NCBI GenBank assembly: GCA_021513715.1
Contig: CP084167.1
Location: 2,176,001 to 2,240,000 of the forward strand
DNA: 64,000 nt
Direction of reading: 5' to 3'
DNA from: Candidatus Heimdallarchaeum endolithica
GTDB lineage: Archaea > Asgardarchaeota > Heimdallarchaeia > Heimdallarchaeales > Heimdallarchaeaceae
This document shows positions 60,914 through 64,000 of this stretch, one piece after another. A model generated the notes under the pieces. That model was not told the origin of the DNA, did no database searches, and was given only the letters and a program-made list of their open reading frames with translations. Every line of letters begins with the position of its first letter. Positions within the stretch are counted from its first letter, which is position 1. Position numbers and translations under genes: made by a program.

Positions 60914-63031
60914 CTAACCCCCTCCAATCCCTTTTCTTCTAAAAAGAATCCATAGTATTGCCCCTATACTAATTACCCCTACACTAACAAGGGTAATTTG
61001 AACGATTAGACTATCGCTTATTTTTTGTTTTTCTTCTATGATGGTAAAATTCCACGTCCGCGTATATTTCCACTCTTCTGACCAAGAACTATTGGAACTT
61101 TTGACAGTAAACTCTAACGTGTGCTCTCCTATTTCTAAACCTGAATAACTGAAATAATAACGTGTTTCTTGCGCTTCAGCGGTTATATCTCCTCCATCTA
61201 AAATAAGGCTAGGAAGACCGTTACCATAAGAGATGTTAAGGTAAAAGCTTTTTCTAGTCGTGTACTCTTGAATGTTGGTTTTATGCACTATCACCCAAGC
61301 TCGACGAGAACTGATGAGTGAACCTTGAATGTCAATAGCTTGACTATCATTCATTGAACGAAAAACAAGATACTTGATTTCACCATAACCGAATAAATTA
61401 AACGTCTTCTTCATATTGCTTGTTAAAGAAACATCTTCTACTATTAGGTCTCCATCCTCATCTGTCTGCTCAGAGACGAGAGCAACGACTGCAGTTATAT
61501 TTGTTTCTACATTAATAGTATAGTTATATTCTTCTCTAGTTTGTATGGCGTAAACTCTTACAGCATCACCATTTTTGCGGTCTAAAACAGTTTGAAAATT
61601 AACCGTATCACCAATATTCTCAATAGCTAGCTCTATGGGTAAACCATATTGGTATATTCCCCACCCTTCAAAGTTATCTTTTCCAAAATAATCTTTAGTA
61701 GGCTCAGGATAATTATAATAAGCTGTTCCAGAGGATTCGTAGGTGTGTAATAAAATAATTTGCTTTACTTTTGCTACTTTTTCCCAGGTATACTCCCAGT
61801 TAGAAGCAGTCATAGACAAAGCAACTGCAGATATGTATGCACAAGATAGATCTGGAGAAGCTTGAGGGATTACATCATATTCGTTTTTAGCATCTGCAAC
61901 TAGAGCATATTGTGTATAACCCATTGATCCCCCGAAAGCCATGAGATCAGGTTTTAAGCCATAATAGGTGTTACCGTGAGCTGAAGGTTCAATTTTTCCA
62001 TTTTTATTTGCATTTCCTACAGTTATAGCTTTTTTAGCTGTTCCAGGAGAATTAATATAAGAGTTAGACCCTTCGTCACCAGATGTAGCAACAACCACTA
62101 GCCCTTCATCAGCTAACTCATTAATTTTATCATCTATATTCATAACTTGTGAATCTAACCTAAAACTAAGGTTAACTACGGTAATGTTATATTGCTCTTT
62201 GATCGTTTTCAAGTAATCTAGAGCATCTAAAACAGTATCATATGTCGTTTTTCCTTCATCATCAAGAACTTTTAGCGCAATTATTTTTGCCCCAGGACAA
62301 ATACCAGTATATTCCTCTAACAAGGGATAATGGATTGTTCCGTTAATGTATGCACCGTTCTCTTCATCTAAATTACCAACACTTAATTCAAGATATCTTG
62401 TTTTTTCTTCTTTGCTAGTATAAACATAGTGATATTCTCCAGTATCCACCCTAACAGAATCTATATTTTCTATTCCTCTTCCATCCACAAGAAAAATTCT
62501 TATTTCTATCCCTTCTTCCCAATGAAAAGAACAGTCTAAGGTTTCATTAGGTCGAAGATAAAATTTTTTTACAGGAACAAAGTATCGTGGTTCAGTATAA
62601 AAAGAGAAACTATAATTTAAGGCTGAATTGTTCTTACCTGCAATAATAGAAGATACGGCAGTTCCATGTCCATTAACATCAGTTGGCTCATCATAAAGGT
62701 CATTTTCTTCATCAACAGATGAACCTACAAAATCTTTCCAATGAACGAGCTGTTCCTCATCAAACATAAAATGGTTAAGGTTTATTCCCGTGTCCAGTAT
62801 AGCCACAGTCTTATTTCCTGGATCTAACTTTATCCATTCATCTTCTGTTAATTTTCTTACGTTTTTTCCTGAACTTGATTCCTTTGAATTGAGAATATTT
62901 TGTCTATCTTCTCTTTCATCCTCAATATAAGAATATGAATCATTCTCTATATTTATTTGATAAATCGAACTTACGCTTGAAAAAAATATCAGGACTATAA
63001 TAATTGTTATTGCTAATTTGCTTTTTACCAT
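60914..63031 (-). CDS. Membrane-anchored S8 subtilase-fold protein, probably catalytically inactive
   Basis: Signal peptide, ILDTGI, HGTAVS, KPDLMAFG; the GTSMA motif is replaced by SPDLS; C-terminal TM followed by RRK. Confidence 0.85.
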   Translation of the reverse strand: MVKSKLAITIIIVLIFFSSVSSIYQINIENDSYSYIEDEREDRQNILNSKESSSGKNVRKLTEDEWIKLDPGNKTVAILDTGINLNHFMFDEEQLVHWKDFVGSSVDEENDLYDEPTDVNGHGTAVSSIIAGKNNSALNYSFSFYTEPRYFVPVKKFYLRPNETLDCSFHWEEGIEIRIFLVDGRGIENIDSVRVDTGEYHYVYTSKEEKTRYLELSVGNLDEENGAYINGTIHYPLLEEYTGICPGAKIIALKVLDDEGKTTYDTVLDALDYLKTIKEQYNITVVNLSFRLDSQVMNIDDKINELADEGLVVVATSGDEGSNSYINSPGTAKKAITVGNANKNGKIEPSAHGNTYYGLKPDLMAFGGSMGYTQYALVADAKNEYDVIPQASPDLSCAYISAVALSMTASNWEYTWEKVAKVKQIILLHTYESSGTAYYNYPEPTKDYFGKDNFEGWGIYQYGLPIELAIENIGDTVNFQTVLDRKNGDAVRVYAIQTREEYNYTINVETNITAVVALVSEQTDEDGDLIVEDVSLTSNMKKTFNLFGYGEIKYLVFRSMNDSQAIDIQGSLISSRRAWVIVHKTNIQEYTTRKSFYLNISYGNGLPSLILDGGDITAEAQETRYYFSYSGLEIGEHTLEFTVKSSNSSWSEEWKYTRTWNFTIIEEKQKISDSLIVQITLVSVGVISIGAILWILFRRKGIGGG

Positions 63032-64000
63032 TTCTCTTTCACCTATTACCTAAAACGATTATTTTCTCCTTAAACTGATTATTCTCTAATTTATTTTTAA
63101 ATGAGGAAAAAAATTCAGAATATTCAGACTGGAAAAGTTTTGACTCTATTCTATAATTCTTATACGAAAAAACAAGTGTAGTGATTCTTTTTTGTTCTAG
63201 TTCTGTTTTAGTTAGAACACCTCTTCTTAATAAACTGACCATTTTTCCACCTGAATATAAATAGAGTAAAAAGGGAGAGTGTAGAAAGTGAACAATGTCC
63301 ACTTTCTATTTGTTTTTGTTTGCCCATATCCACAGAAATCCCTATTGGGTCTAAAAGGAAGTCAATTTTCTGTATCAGAAACAAGGCAACATGAGCCAAT
63401 TTAGCACTACTCAAGTACTTGGGGTTGGTATTAGACAAGAGTTCGTATCCAAATTGACTCATAAAATGTACGCTTATCGTTCTCTTTAAAAAGCTAACCC
63501 CTATATATAAAGATGCACAGAATTTAGATATTTGACTATTTAAAAAAAAATATTTAGATTCCCATAACAATGTGTAAATATAATGCTCTTCCGCCAAAAA
63601 TGTTATGTTCAGAAGGTGAAAAACTATTTCCATTTTTTTAGAAATACCACTATCTTTTATATAAAAATGTGTATATGTAAAACACTTTTATAAAAAAAGT
63701 TATTCTCGGAAGGTAACAAAACGTTCTATATTTTCAAGAAAAGTCAATCCCATCCCTTATACTGATATATAAACATATGCACGAGGCTTGTAAAAGGGAC
63801 AAAAATGTACAGTATAAGGTATAAAGATCATATTTCAAAAAATAAATTGAAATTAATAAATATTCAATCATCATTTACTTATATTATTAATAGTCAAAAT
63901 TTCTATAGTTTTCACTATATGTATTTAAATATTAATTTCACAATAGTGATCTACATGCCTTTAGATGATAAAACAAAAGATGAAATTATCAAGTCTTTCA

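Larger units (their letters stand above)
25335..64000. mobile_element. tRNA-adjacent island with twin giant genes (Aloposon-like); right boundary outside the window
   Basis: Only accessory genes lie right of the tRNA; tandem 4475 and 5326 aa genes are transcribed toward the tRNA. No integrase or att repeat is visible in this window. Confidence 0.55.

Noticed and set aside
63039-63633. ORFs 63039..63302 and 63208..63633 as genes
   Set aside because: Mutually overlapping with no recognisable motifs. A 67-aa version starting MVSLLRRG has an SD-like sequence but cannot be supported further.

Overview
AT-rich archaeal DNA, most likely from an Asgard archaeon of the Heimdallarchaeia type. This is inferred from EF-1alpha, PolD DP1, RPA and AglB together with two roadblock proteins and a Rab-like GTPase. 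Positions 1-20.5 kb are core genome: ABC exporter, degenerate Hef-like helicase, SurE, EF-1alpha, a KaiC-like ATPase/roadblock/FIST/small GTPase operon, RPA, AglB, an SDR and DP1, plus two microproteins (OST4-like and half-LIM-like). From about 20.9 kb the window is accessory. It holds a decayed gene interrupted by a TnpB-only element with a Fanzor-type rearranged RuvC site, an 8-bp flanking duplication and a hairpin-rich putative omegaRNA. Next come an intron-containing tRNA-Arg(UCU), a caspase-fold/membrane-domain protein with a membrane partner (toxin-immunity-like), an unannotated ~205-nt structured RNA and an IbrA/IbrB cassette between 68-bp direct repeats. The window ends in a 31.5-kb operon encoding a catalytically dead subtilase and two giant proteins (4475 and 5326 aa), resembling the twin-giant-gene 'Aloposon' elements. 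The best candidate for a new system is this operon read as a surface-displayed toxin-delivery apparatus: an Ig-repeat stalk plus a giant protein ending in hydrophobic helices and a PD-(D/E)xK nuclease-like region. All calls were made by eye from motifs; no searches were run.
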